From Actinomycetota bacterium (GTDB lineage Bacteria > Actinomycetota > Actinomycetes > S36-B12), in NCBI GenBank assembly GCA_041164085.1, contig JBEAQC010000016.1, positions 1-51,846 of the forward strand: DNA of 51,846 nt, read 5' to 3'. A program made the translations under genes and the position numbers. A model generated the notes under the pieces. The model did not search any database. It saw only the letters and a program-made list of their open reading frames with translations, and was not told where the DNA came from. Shown here one piece after another: positions 45,155 to 51,846 of this stretch. How positions within the stretch are numbered: position 1 is the first letter of the stretch; each line of letters starts with the position of its first letter.

Positions 45155-45259
45155 CCGGGGAGCGTCGCATGAACCGGCCGCTGCTGGCGGGGGTCATCCA
45201 CAGGGCATCCGGTGCAGGAGTCGACGCCGTGTCGCTTGCGCACGTCGATGGCGGACTAG

Positions 45260-45292
45260 CCCAACAGAGGCGGCTCTGCCGACTCGACGGGC
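45260..45292 (+). repeat. REP-like hairpin repeat, copy 1 (forward orientation)
   Basis: cccaacagaggcggctctgccgactcgacgggc, followed by tacg. Overlaps the stop codon of the M20 gene. Confidence 0.85.
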
Positions 45293-46566
45293 TACGACGT
45301 CGCGCGACCGCAGAAATCGATGGCGTACGCCGCGAGGATCTGGGCGCACGCGATCGTCTCCCGCAGGTCGACCCACTCAGCAGGGGCATGCGCTGCGGCG
45401 CTCTCTCCCGGGCCGAAGTGGACGGTGGGGATGCCGGCGCCTACGAGGAGGCGCAGGTCGGATCCGTACGGCGCGGCGTACACCTCGGGGCTGCGCCCGA
45501 GCACGCGCGTCGCGGTGTCACCGAGCCCGCGGACGAGCGGGTGCTCCGGGTCGGTGCGGCCCGAGGCGAATTGCCCGCCCCACCACTCGACGTCGACGGG
45601 ATGCTCGACAAACCATGGGTCGGCATCACAGAGCGCAGCGAGGGTGCGCTCGAGATCGGCGCGAGCCTGAGCGGGGGTCTCGCCCAGCGCGACGCCAAGA
45701 CGCCCCTCGGCGATGAGGAGGTCGGGGACGGTCGATGCCCAATCGCCCGCGTGGATGGTCCCGATGGACAAGGGATAGGCGATGGGCCAGCGCTGCATGA
45801 GGGGGTCGACGTTGTCGTTGCGTCGCGCCTCGAGTAGTCGGAGTTGCTCGAGCACCGGCAGGAGTTTGTCGATGGCGCTGACTCCCTCGGTTCGCCGTGA
45901 TGCATGCGTCGCGCGCCCCCGGATGCGCAAGCGGAAGGTGAGTGCACCGCCGTTGGCGGGGACCAGGTCCAGGCTCGTCGGCTCGGGCAGCACGCAGGCG
46001 TCGGCGGTGATCCCGTGCTTGAGCAAGGCATAGGTGCCCAGACCCCCGTCCTCCTCGCCGGAGACCGCGGCCACGATGACGTCACCGGCCAGGCGTACGC
46101 CGCTGTCACGCAGGGCTCGCGCGGCGTAGGTGATGGCCGCGGTGCCAGCTTTCATATCGCAGGCGCCACGTCCGATGAGTCGATCGCCGCGCACATCGGG
46201 ACGGAAGGGGTCACCTGACCAGGCGGAGCGGTCACCGGGCGGCACGACGTCCGTGTGGCCGAGCAGGAGCAGGGTCGGCCCGTCTCCGGCGCCTGGGATG
46301 CGCGCCACGACGCCTCGGGCGCTCGTGCGATCGACCTCCATCCCCGGGAAGTCGGGTTCGGCCAGCATCGCGTCGACGTCGATATCCCAGGCATCGACCT
46401 CGAGGCCGAGCGCGGCCCACTCGCGGGAGATGTGATCTTGGGCGTCGAGCTCCGCGTCGGTGCCCCCCATGGATGGCACGGCCACCAAACGCTCGACGGC
46501 GCCGACGAGCCCAGGGCCGTCGACGCCGTCGATGACGTGTGCGGTGCCGTGCGGATCGTCGCTCAC
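45292..46566 (-). CDS. M20 family metallopeptidase (ArgE/DapE-type deacylase)
   Basis: GTG start. LLLLGHTDVVPPG....W..DPF, GRGACDMKAG, SGEEDGG, late HAPAEW. Whether it is the DapE of this genome cannot be decided from sequence alone. Confidence 0.8.
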   Translation of the reverse strand: MSDDPHGTAHVIDGVDGPGLVGAVERLVAVPSMGGTDAELDAQDHISREWAALGLEVDAWDIDVDAMLAEPDFPGMEVDRTSARGVVARIPGAGDGPTLLLLGHTDVVPPGDRSAWSGDPFRPDVRGDRLIGRGACDMKAGTAAITYAARALRDSGVRLAGDVIVAAVSGEEDGGLGTYALLKHGITADACVLPEPTSLDLVPANGGALTFRLRIRGRATHASRRTEGVSAIDKLLPVLEQLRLLEARRNDNVDPLMQRWPIAYPLSIGTIHAGDWASTVPDLLIAEGRLGVALGETPAQARADLERTLAALCDADPWFVEHPVDVEWWGGQFASGRTDPEHPLVRGLGDTATRVLGRSPEVYAAPYGSDLRLLVGAGIPTVHFGPGESAAAHAPAEWVDLRETIACAQILAAYAIDFCGRATS

Positions 46567-46588
46567 GAGGCGATCCTTCGGCGGTTGA

Positions 46589-46660
46589 GCCCGGCGAGTC
46601 GGCAGAGCCGCCTCTGTCGGGCTGGCCCGGCGAGTCGGCTGAGCCGCCTCTGTCGGGCTG
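46589..46660 (-). repeat. REP-like hairpin repeat, copies 2 and 3 (tandem, 36-bp period, reverse orientation)
   Basis: gcccggcgagtcggcAgagccgcctctgtcgggctg / gcccggcgagtcggcTgagccgcctctgtcgggctg. These are the reverse complement of copies 1 and 4. Each can form ggcagag-ccgc-ctctgtc (7-bp stem, one G-U pair). Confidence 0.9.
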
Positions 46661-46696
46661 CCTGGTGGGGCGACATGGCCGCCCCTGTTGGGATGA

Positions 46697-46852
46697 TCAG
46701 GCCTTGCCCAGGATGCGGGTCACCTTGGTCCCGCAGACCGGGCAGATGCCCTTGGCGAAGCGCCGACCATTCGTCTCCTCGACGTTGCCGGTGAACTCAC
46801 GCTTCTCCTTGCACTTCACGCAGTACGCCTCACCCGTGTACGACTCGGCCAT
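46697..46852 (-). CDS. DUF5679-like small zinc-ribbon protein (51 aa, CxxC...CxxC)
   Basis: ATG at 46852 with GGAGGA 6-7 nt upstream. MAESYTGEAYCVKCKEKREFTGNVEETNGRRFAKGICPVCGTKVTRILGKA. Confidence 0.75.
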   Translation of the reverse strand: MAESYTGEAYCVKCKEKREFTGNVEETNGRRFAKGICPVCGTKVTRILGKA

Positions 46853-46877
46853 GGGCCGTCCTCCTCGTCTCGTCCAT

Positions 46878-46930
46878 GTGAGGCCTGGCCTCACGCGGCC
46901 CCCCTGGCGGGGGCCAGCCCCCTAGGGGGC
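46878..46930. other. Three consecutive GC-rich palindromes/hairpins just upstream of the DUF5679 start
   Basis: gtgaggcc-t-ggcctcac (46878-46894); ggccccc-ctggc-gggggcc (46897-46915); gccccctagggggc (46917-46930, perfect 14-nt palindrome). Confidence 0.8.
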
Positions 46931-47052
46931 GGCGTCGCCACCCTAGGGCAGCCACGGGGCCTATGGGGGGACCGATCCGGGCAGACAGCCCGTGTCGTGA
47001 CCAGATTGCCCGATTTAGGGGTATTTCAACCGGTCATGGCATGGGGGAGCAA

Positions 47053-47085
47053 CCCGACAGAGGCGGCTCTGCCGGCTGGCCGGGC
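47053..47085 (+). repeat. REP-like hairpin repeat, copy 4 (forward orientation)
   Basis: cccgacagaggcggctctgccggctggccgggc followed by tacg; about 28/33 identical to copy 1. Confidence 0.85.
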
Positions 47086-47223
47086 TACGCCGCACGGATA
47101 TGGGGAAGCCCCCGGGGCGCTTGACCGTGCGCGCCTTCCCCTTGCGTGCACGGCCCGTTATCCCGGGGGCTGTGGCAGCGAAGGTAGGGATGGCGGACGT
47201 GGCCGTCAAACGGTCCTGTGGGT

Positions 47224-47245
47224 GGACCTGGGGAGGACCTGGGGA
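47224..47245. repeat. 11-bp perfect tandem duplication (ggacctgggga x2)
   Basis: Direct reading, inside the non-coding gap. Confidence 0.9.
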
Positions 47246-47272
47246 CGACGGGGCTTCTCCCTGGGGAGCAGC

Positions 47273-47358
47273 CGTGGACAACCCTGTGGATCTCCGCACC
47301 GATGGGACCAGTTCGCGGCCCCTGACGTGGGGCGCTGTCATCCACCGCCTGTGGACCA
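47273..47358. promoter_or_regulatory. Cluster of four DnaA-box-like 9-mers (candidate protein-binding sites; function unknown)
   Basis: Read on the minus strand: TTGTCCACG (47273-47281), AGATCCACA (47285-47293), TGGTCCACA (47350-47358). On the plus strand: TCATCCACC (47338-47346). The last two form TCCAC-N6-GTGGA. Compared with the actinobacterial TTGTCCACA / E. coli TTATCCACA consensus, each has 1-2 mismatches. Confidence 0.3.
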
Positions 47359-47376
47359 AAGATTCCCCGGGAGCCC

Positions 47377-47961
47377 CTAGGCACCCAGTCGAGTCCGGGC
47401 CGAGGCAACGAGCGCGCGCACCGACGCGTCGGTGCCCTCGGGCAGGGATGCCCACGGCCACCAGCGCAGTTCGAGCGACTCCGACGACATGCGCTCGACC
47501 GCACCATCGGGAGCGAGCGCAAGGAATTGCACGTCGAGGTGGTGGAGTTCAGTCATGCCGCCGCGGCCGTCGCGGCAGCGCACGCGGTGTCGATCGAGTC
47601 GCATCGGATCCGGATCGACAGATATGTCGGTGATGCCGCCCTCCTCGACCGCTTCACGTCGTGCGGCGTCGCGCAGGCTCGCGTCGTCGTCCTCGATGTG
47701 GCCGCCGAGTTGGAGCCATCGACCGACGAGCGGATGCAGGGTGAGCAGCACCGCTTCACGTGACGGGTCGACCACCAGGGCGCTCCCGGTGAGATGCCCA
47801 TGCCGATGGGAGCGGCGCGTCGCGTCCGGGTGCGCGTCCAGGAATTCGAGGTAATCGCGGCGGAGGGCTTCCTGGCTCGCGGACGGCGGCTGCCAACGCG
47901 CGAGGACCCGGAGCGCATCCGAGTGGGCGGCACCTCCGGGCGCGCTGGAACGTGCGGTCAT
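47377..47961 (-). CDS. NUDIX hydrolase
   Basis: ATG at 47961 (47985 is the alternative). Nudix box GGHIEDDDASLRDAARREAVEEGGI, with D in place of the first conserved E. The upstream part of the 323-aa track ORF overlaps the preceding gene. Confidence 0.8.
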   Translation of the reverse strand: MTARSSAPGGAAHSDALRVLARWQPPSASQEALRRDYLEFLDAHPDATRRSHRHGHLTGSALVVDPSREAVLLTLHPLVGRWLQLGGHIEDDDASLRDAARREAVEEGGITDISVDPDPMRLDRHRVRCRDGRGGMTELHHLDVQFLALAPDGAVERMSSESLELRWWPWASLPEGTDASVRALVASARTRLGA

Positions 47962-47968
47962 CGGTGGA

Positions 47969-49297
47969 TCAGGCGTCGTTGTCATCGGAGCGTTCGTCCC
48001 CGGTCGCCCGCGGTTCGCCGACGTCATCTCCGACGTCGAACCCAGCGAGCGGATCGCCCGCGAGGAAGGCGGAGGGATCGGTGAGGTCGTCAGCGGTCGG
48101 CAGCAGGTCGGGATGCGCCCACAGCGCGTCTCGACCGTCGATGCCGCGCTCCTCGCGCAGTTGGCGCCACAGGCTGGACGCTTCCCGCAGGGCTCGCGGG
48201 CGCATCTCGAGGCCGACGAGCGAGGCGAAGGTTCGCTCGGCTGGGCCTCCGGACGCACGGCGTCGACGGATCGCCTCGCCAAGGCGGTCCGCAGAGGGAA
48301 GGGTCGAGGCGCACGCCGCGGTGACCACGTCGTCCACCCAGCCCTCAATGAGCGCGAGGAGCGTCTCGAGGCGTCGGAGGGCAGCCTGCTGCTCCTCGGA
48401 TTCGCTCAGCGCGAAGAGATCAGATCCCATGAGCTCGCGCAGGCGCTCGGGATCCTGCAGGGCCGAAGGGTCGATGCCCTGCATCGCTTCGTTCATCCGC
48501 TCTGGATCCATCCGGATGCCGCGGGCGTAGGCGTCGATGGCTCCCTCGAGCCGGGGAGCGAGCCACGGGACGTGGGCGAAGAGTCGCTGGTGGGCGCACT
48601 CGCGCAGTGCCAAATAGAGGCGCACATCCTGAGCGGGCACATCGAGTCCGTCGCCGAACGCGGCAACATTGCGCGGCAGGAGTGCGGGACGAGCATCCGA
48701 GGTGAGCGGGATGCCGATGTCACTCACGCCGACCACCTCGCCGGCGAGTGCCGCAAGCGCCTGGCCCATCTGCATCCCGAACATCGCCGAGCCGAGTTGT
48801 CGCGCCATCCCCATGAGCGGCGCCATCATGGCGAGCGTCTCCGGCGGCGTGCCCTCGGGGAGCATCGCGGCCAACTCGGGCGGGAGCTCACCCGGAGCGG
48901 GCATCGAGGACATGACGGACTGCACATGCTCGGCAATGGGTGTGACGATGCGCTGCCACGCGGGATACGTCGCCTCTAACCACTCGGACCTGCTCCAGGC
49001 ATCCCCGGCCGCGGTCGATGCCGGGAAGGTGCATGCCGGATCCAGCCAGACCTGTGCGAGTTCGACGGAGGAGGTCACCTCGCGGCGTTCCGCGTCGCTC
49101 ACGGCCGGATCTCCAGCCTGCACGATGGCCTGCCGGGCCGTGTCCTTGGCGAGGTCCCAGTTGACTGCCCCGTCGCCTCCGGACTCGAGGAGTCTGCCCA
49201 GGTGCTGGAGCATGGCGCCGAGTTGGCTCATGTCGAAGCCGGGGCCGCCCGAGCCCTCATCGGGCAAGCCGAAACCGAAGGGGAGTGAGCCGCTCAT
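47969..49297 (-). CDS. DUF2342/TIGR03624-type putative zinc metalloprotease (Rv3195-like)
   Basis: GFDMSQLGAMLQHLGRLL...GAVNWDLAKDTARQ...VWLD, RECAHQRLFAHVPWL, MRPRALREA..LW. Position next to the PDZ/Lon protease and UPF0182, as in mycobacteria. Confidence 0.7.
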   Translation of the reverse strand: MSGSLPFGFGLPDEGSGGPGFDMSQLGAMLQHLGRLLESGGDGAVNWDLAKDTARQAIVQAGDPAVSDAERREVTSSVELAQVWLDPACTFPASTAAGDAWSRSEWLEATYPAWQRIVTPIAEHVQSVMSSMPAPGELPPELAAMLPEGTPPETLAMMAPLMGMARQLGSAMFGMQMGQALAALAGEVVGVSDIGIPLTSDARPALLPRNVAAFGDGLDVPAQDVRLYLALRECAHQRLFAHVPWLAPRLEGAIDAYARGIRMDPERMNEAMQGIDPSALQDPERLRELMGSDLFALSESEEQQAALRRLETLLALIEGWVDDVVTAACASTLPSADRLGEAIRRRRASGGPAERTFASLVGLEMRPRALREASSLWRQLREERGIDGRDALWAHPDLLPTADDLTDPSAFLAGDPLAGFDVGDDVGEPRATGDERSDDNDA

Positions 49298-49411
49298 CCC
49301 CCCACGGTACGCCGCCCTGGGCGCGGGGCCCTCTCCGAGAGCACCCCGATCGCTGAGGGCGTACCCTTGCCCCGGACGTCACGGTCCGAGACGCGAGGGA
49401 GAGGAGGGCCC

Positions 49412-49669
49412 ATGTCCGCATTGCTGTGGTGGCTCATCCCCCTTGCAGCGACGCTCGTCGCCCTCGCCTGGGCTGCGGCGCGCAGCCGGCCCCGCCGTGC
49501 TGCGGACACCCACGAGACCGTCGGGGACATGGCGCGCTTTCGCGCGGCGATGCGCAGGCCGCTCCCGGCGGAGCCCTCGGCCAGTGAGCGTCGTCGTCGT
49601 CCGGCCGGTCAGCCTGCGGCGCGACCCGGTCGCTCCCGGCGTCCTGCCGACCGCCGCCATCCCGCGTGA
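49412..49669 (+). CDS. Small membrane-anchored hypothetical protein with Arg/Pro-rich tail
   Basis: GGAGGG upstream of the ATG at 49412. One TM helix (MSALLWWLIPLAATLVALAWAAA). Its stop overlaps the next start (GTGA). Confidence 0.5.
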   Translation: MSALLWWLIPLAATLVALAWAAARSRPRRAADTHETVGDMARFRAAMRRPLPAEPSASERRRRPAGQPAARPGRSRRPADRRHPA

Positions 49670-50748
49670 GCGCGCCTGATCTGCCCGGTCGGCGCCGACC
49701 CGGTCATCGGGCTCTCATCGCGTCGCTGTCCGGCCTCGTGCTGGTCGCCCTCATCGCCATCGCCGCTCTGCTGCCGGTGCCGTTCATCATCTTGTCGCCG
49801 GGACCGACCTTCAACACGATCGGTGACGTCGACGGAGTGCCGCTCGTGGAGATCAGCGACACGACGACGTACCCCGTCTCGGGTGCCCTCGACATGACCA
49901 CGATCCGCGAGGAGGGTGAGCCGCGCAGTCCCCTGACCGTCTTCGGCGCGATCGCGGCCTGGGTGGACCCCGATCGTGCGGTCCTGCCGCGCGAGTTGCT
50001 GTACGGGGATGATGAGACGACAGAGGAGGTGCAGCAGCGCAACGCTGTGCTCTTCTCGACGTCCCAGTCCAATGCCATCGCGGCCGCCCTCAACGCCATC
50101 GGTGAGCCGATCATCGAGGACGTCGTTGTCACCGCTGTCGTCGAGGGCACTCCGGCATTCGGCGTGCTGGATGCGGGCGAGGTGATCACGGCGATCGATG
50201 GTCGTCCGGTGAACTCGCCGAACGATGTTGTGGAGGCGGTGCGCGGTGAGCCCATCGGCACCCCTCTCGCCTTCACCGTCGTGCGCGATGGCGTCGAGAC
50301 GACAGTGGACGTCGTCTCGGCTGAGAAGCCCGACGAGCCCGGTGTGCCCTACGTCGGCATCACGGTGGGGATCAACTACCGCGCGGAGTTCCCGATCACC
50401 TTCACGCTCGAGGACATCGGGGGCCCGAGCGCAGGCATGATGTTCGCACTCGCGATCGTGGACAAGCTCACGCCGGACGACCTGACCGGCGGTGGTCACG
50501 TCGCCGGGACGGGCACGATCGATTCCGCCGGGACGGTCGGCGCCATCGGCGGCATCCGGCAGAAGCTCGCAGGAGCCCGGGGAGCGGGTGCCACGCTGTT
50601 CCTCATGCCCGAGGTGCACTGCGAGGAGGCGGCCGGCCACATCCCCGACGGACTGACGGTGGTCCCGGTGACCAGCCTGCAGGGCGCCCTGGATGCCCTC
50701 TCCGCCTGGCGCTCCGGAGGGTCACTCCCGGCCTGCCCCGCTGTGTGA
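49666..50748 (+). CDS. PDZ domain plus Lon-type (S16) protease domain membrane protein (Rv3194c/YlbL-like)
   Basis: N-terminal TM. PDZ-like GVLDAGEVITAIDGRPV. Lon catalytic-Ser motif GGPSAGMMFALAIVDKLT, and later GTGTIDSAGTVGAIGGIRQK. Confidence 0.85.
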   Translation: MSAPDLPGRRRPGHRALIASLSGLVLVALIAIAALLPVPFIILSPGPTFNTIGDVDGVPLVEISDTTTYPVSGALDMTTIREEGEPRSPLTVFGAIAAWVDPDRAVLPRELLYGDDETTEEVQQRNAVLFSTSQSNAIAAALNAIGEPIIEDVVVTAVVEGTPAFGVLDAGEVITAIDGRPVNSPNDVVEAVRGEPIGTPLAFTVVRDGVETTVDVVSAEKPDEPGVPYVGITVGINYRAEFPITFTLEDIGGPSAGMMFALAIVDKLTPDDLTGGGHVAGTGTIDSAGTVGAIGGIRQKLAGARGAGATLFLMPEVHCEEAAGHIPDGLTVVPVTSLQGALDALSAWRSGGSLPACPAV

Positions 50749-50777
50749 ACCGACGCGATGTGACGTAAGTTGCTGGA

Positions 50778-51846
50778 ATGGCCTCACCGACGACCGTCGC
50801 CGCCGGCCGCGGCCGGGTCCTGCTCCCGACGATCATTGTCCTCGCCGTCATCGTCATCGGCTTCGTCATCTTCACGGGCTTCTACACCGACTGGCTGTGG
50901 TTCGACTCCGTCGGCGAGACCGAGGTCTTCACTGTCACACTGACCACGCGCCTGGCCCTCTTCGGCTCCTTCGGCCTCACGATGGCGGTGGTCCTCGCCG
51001 GCACTCTCTGGATCGCCTATCGATTCCGGCCCACCGCTCCGCCCCTCACCCCGGAGCAATCCAGCCTCGAGCGCTACCGCATGGCGCTGGAGCCCTTCCG
51101 ACTCCTCATCACCCTCGGCATTGCAGCCCTCATCGGTCTCCTCGCCGGCATCTCGGCCGCGAGCGAGTGGTCGACATTCCTGCGCTGGCGCAATGCCACC
51201 GACTTCGGCATCACGGATCCGCAGTTCGGTCTCGACATCGGCTTCTACACGTTCACGTACCCGTTCTTGCGCTTCGTCCTCGGATTTGCCTTCTCCGCGA
51301 TCATCCTGGCCATCGGACTCGCTGTCGCGGCGCACTATCTCTACGGCGGCCTGCGACTGCAGCCCCCGGGTGATCGCGTGAGCACCGCCGCACAGGTGCA
51401 CCTGTCCGGGCTCATCGCCGTACTCCTGCTTCTCAAGGCGGTTGCCTACTGGCTGGACCGGTTCGGTCTGATGATCAAGAGCGAGTCGCTGGTTCAGGGC
51501 TTCACGGGGATGAAATACACCGACGTCAATGCAGTTCTGCCGGCGCTGCAGATCCTCACCTTTGTCGCGCTCATCACCGCGGTGCTCTTCATCGTCAACA
51601 TGATCGTGCGCAACTGGGTGATCCCGCTGATCGGACTGGGCCTGCTCATCCTCACCTCGATCCTCGTCGGCGGGGTCTACCCGGCGATCGTCCAGCAGTT
51701 CCAGGTGCGCCCGAGTGAGCTCGTTCGCGAGCAGCCTTACATCGAGCGCAATATCAACGCGACACGTTCGGCCTACGACATCGCAGATGCGCAGATCCAG
51801 GAGTACCCCGGGACCGTGGAGCCTCCCTCCGCATCGGTGATCGACG
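50778..51846 (+). CDS. UPF0182 family large membrane protein, N-terminal part (runs off the window; not on the ORF track)
   Basis: From the ATG at 50778 the frame is open to the window end. MASPTTVAAGRGRVLLPTIIVLAVIVIGFVIFTGFYTDWLWFDSVGETEVF...RWRNATDFGITDPQFGLDIGFYTFTYPF...YIERNINATRSAYD is the UPF0182 (Rv3193c-like) N-terminus. Confidence 0.85.
   Translation, partial: MASPTTVAAGRGRVLLPTIIVLAVIVIGFVIFTGFYTDWLWFDSVGETEVFTVTLTTRLALFGSFGLTMAVVLAGTLWIAYRFRPTAPPLTPEQSSLERYRMALEPFRLLITLGIAALIGLLAGISAASEWSTFLRWRNATDFGITDPQFGLDIGFYTFTYPFLRFVLGFAFSAIILAIGLAVAAHYLYGGLRLQPPGDRVSTAAQVHLSGLIAVLLLLKAVAYWLDRFGLMIKSESLVQGFTGMKYTDVNAVLPALQILTFVALITAVLFIVNMIVRNWVIPLIGLGLLILTSILVGGVYPAIVQQFQVRPSELVREQPYIERNINATRSAYDIADAQIQEYPGTVEPPSASVID

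Noticed and set aside
45292-46566. Calling the M20 peptidase dapE to complete the dapC/dapD set in this window.
   Set aside because: Its 424-aa length and N-terminal region differ from the DapE enzymes I recall, and it is not adjacent to dapD as in M. tuberculosis. The family (ArgE/DapE/M20) is clear, but substrate assignment would need phylogeny or assay.
46589-46660. Possible CRISPR array or minisatellite.
   Set aside because: Only two directly abutting units with no spacers, no cas genes, and the other copies are dispersed and inverted. This fits a REP/MITE-like element, not CRISPR.
46563-46676. 37-aa Arg-rich minus-strand ORF (MSPHQAARQRRLSRLAGPARQRRLCRLAGLNRRRIAS) whose TGA overlaps the M20 GTG start (GTGA).
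   Set aside because: It is composed almost entirely of the two tandem REP units read in one frame and has no convincing RBS, so it is most likely a by-product of the repeats. A role as a coupling uORF cannot be excluded without ribosome profiling.
46853-47376. whiB7, expected next to uvrD2 by analogy with mycobacteria, or a decayed remnant of it.
   Set aside because: No frame encodes the WhiB Cys-X(n)-Cys-X2-Cys-X5-Cys pattern, a GVWGG turn or an AT-hook. I also considered 6C RNA because of the C-runs, but the C-runs sit in stems rather than loops and the context differs.
46997-47380. 127-aa plus-strand ORF (and the minus-strand ORFs 47015-47461 and 47085-47522) filling the long gap.
   Set aside because: Third-codon positions are roughly one-third A/T, whereas genuine genes here are overwhelmingly G/C-ending. 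There are no domain-like motifs, and the ORF runs through a REP copy and the tandem 11-mer. Treated as non-coding.

Overview
High-GC (about 70%) actinobacterial chromosome, probably Micrococcales-like (low confidence on taxon). It is densely packed with about 49 protein genes; I saw no rRNA, tRNA, CRISPR array, transposase or integrase. Most of the window is conserved core genome, and two blocks are syntenic with Mycobacterium tuberculosis. Block 1 resembles Rv1177-Rv1232: fdxA-dapC, gltA, dapD, tag, DUF3117, O-methyltransferase, htrA, tatB, mrp, DUF1003 and an MgtE-N/CBS protein. Block 2 resembles Rv3193c-Rv3212: rhlE-like helicase, ferritin-like protein, DUF3107, TetR, moeZ, adnAB, nudC, mycoredoxin, uvrD2, DUF2342 protease, PDZ/Lon protease and UPF0182. 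Between them sits a complete gamma-glutamylation-type ethanolamine catabolic cluster (permease, glnA4-like ligase, aldehyde dehydrogenase, SDR, gamma-glutamyl hydrolase). The least ordinary stretch is 44.2-47.4 kb, the position where mycobacteria carry whiB7 and an ABC1 kinase gene. It holds an orphan ThiF/E1-fold protein with a degenerate ATP loop and an RRE-like N-terminus, an M20 peptidase and a 51-aa four-Cys protein. It also holds four copies of a hairpin-forming REP-like repeat that bracket these genes, and a 520-bp non-coding gap with three stacked GC palindromes and a cluster of DnaA-box-like motifs. I found no clear new multi-gene system. All calls rest on reading the translations and DNA by eye; no searches were run. 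The many long antisense ORFs on the track are high-GC shadow frames.
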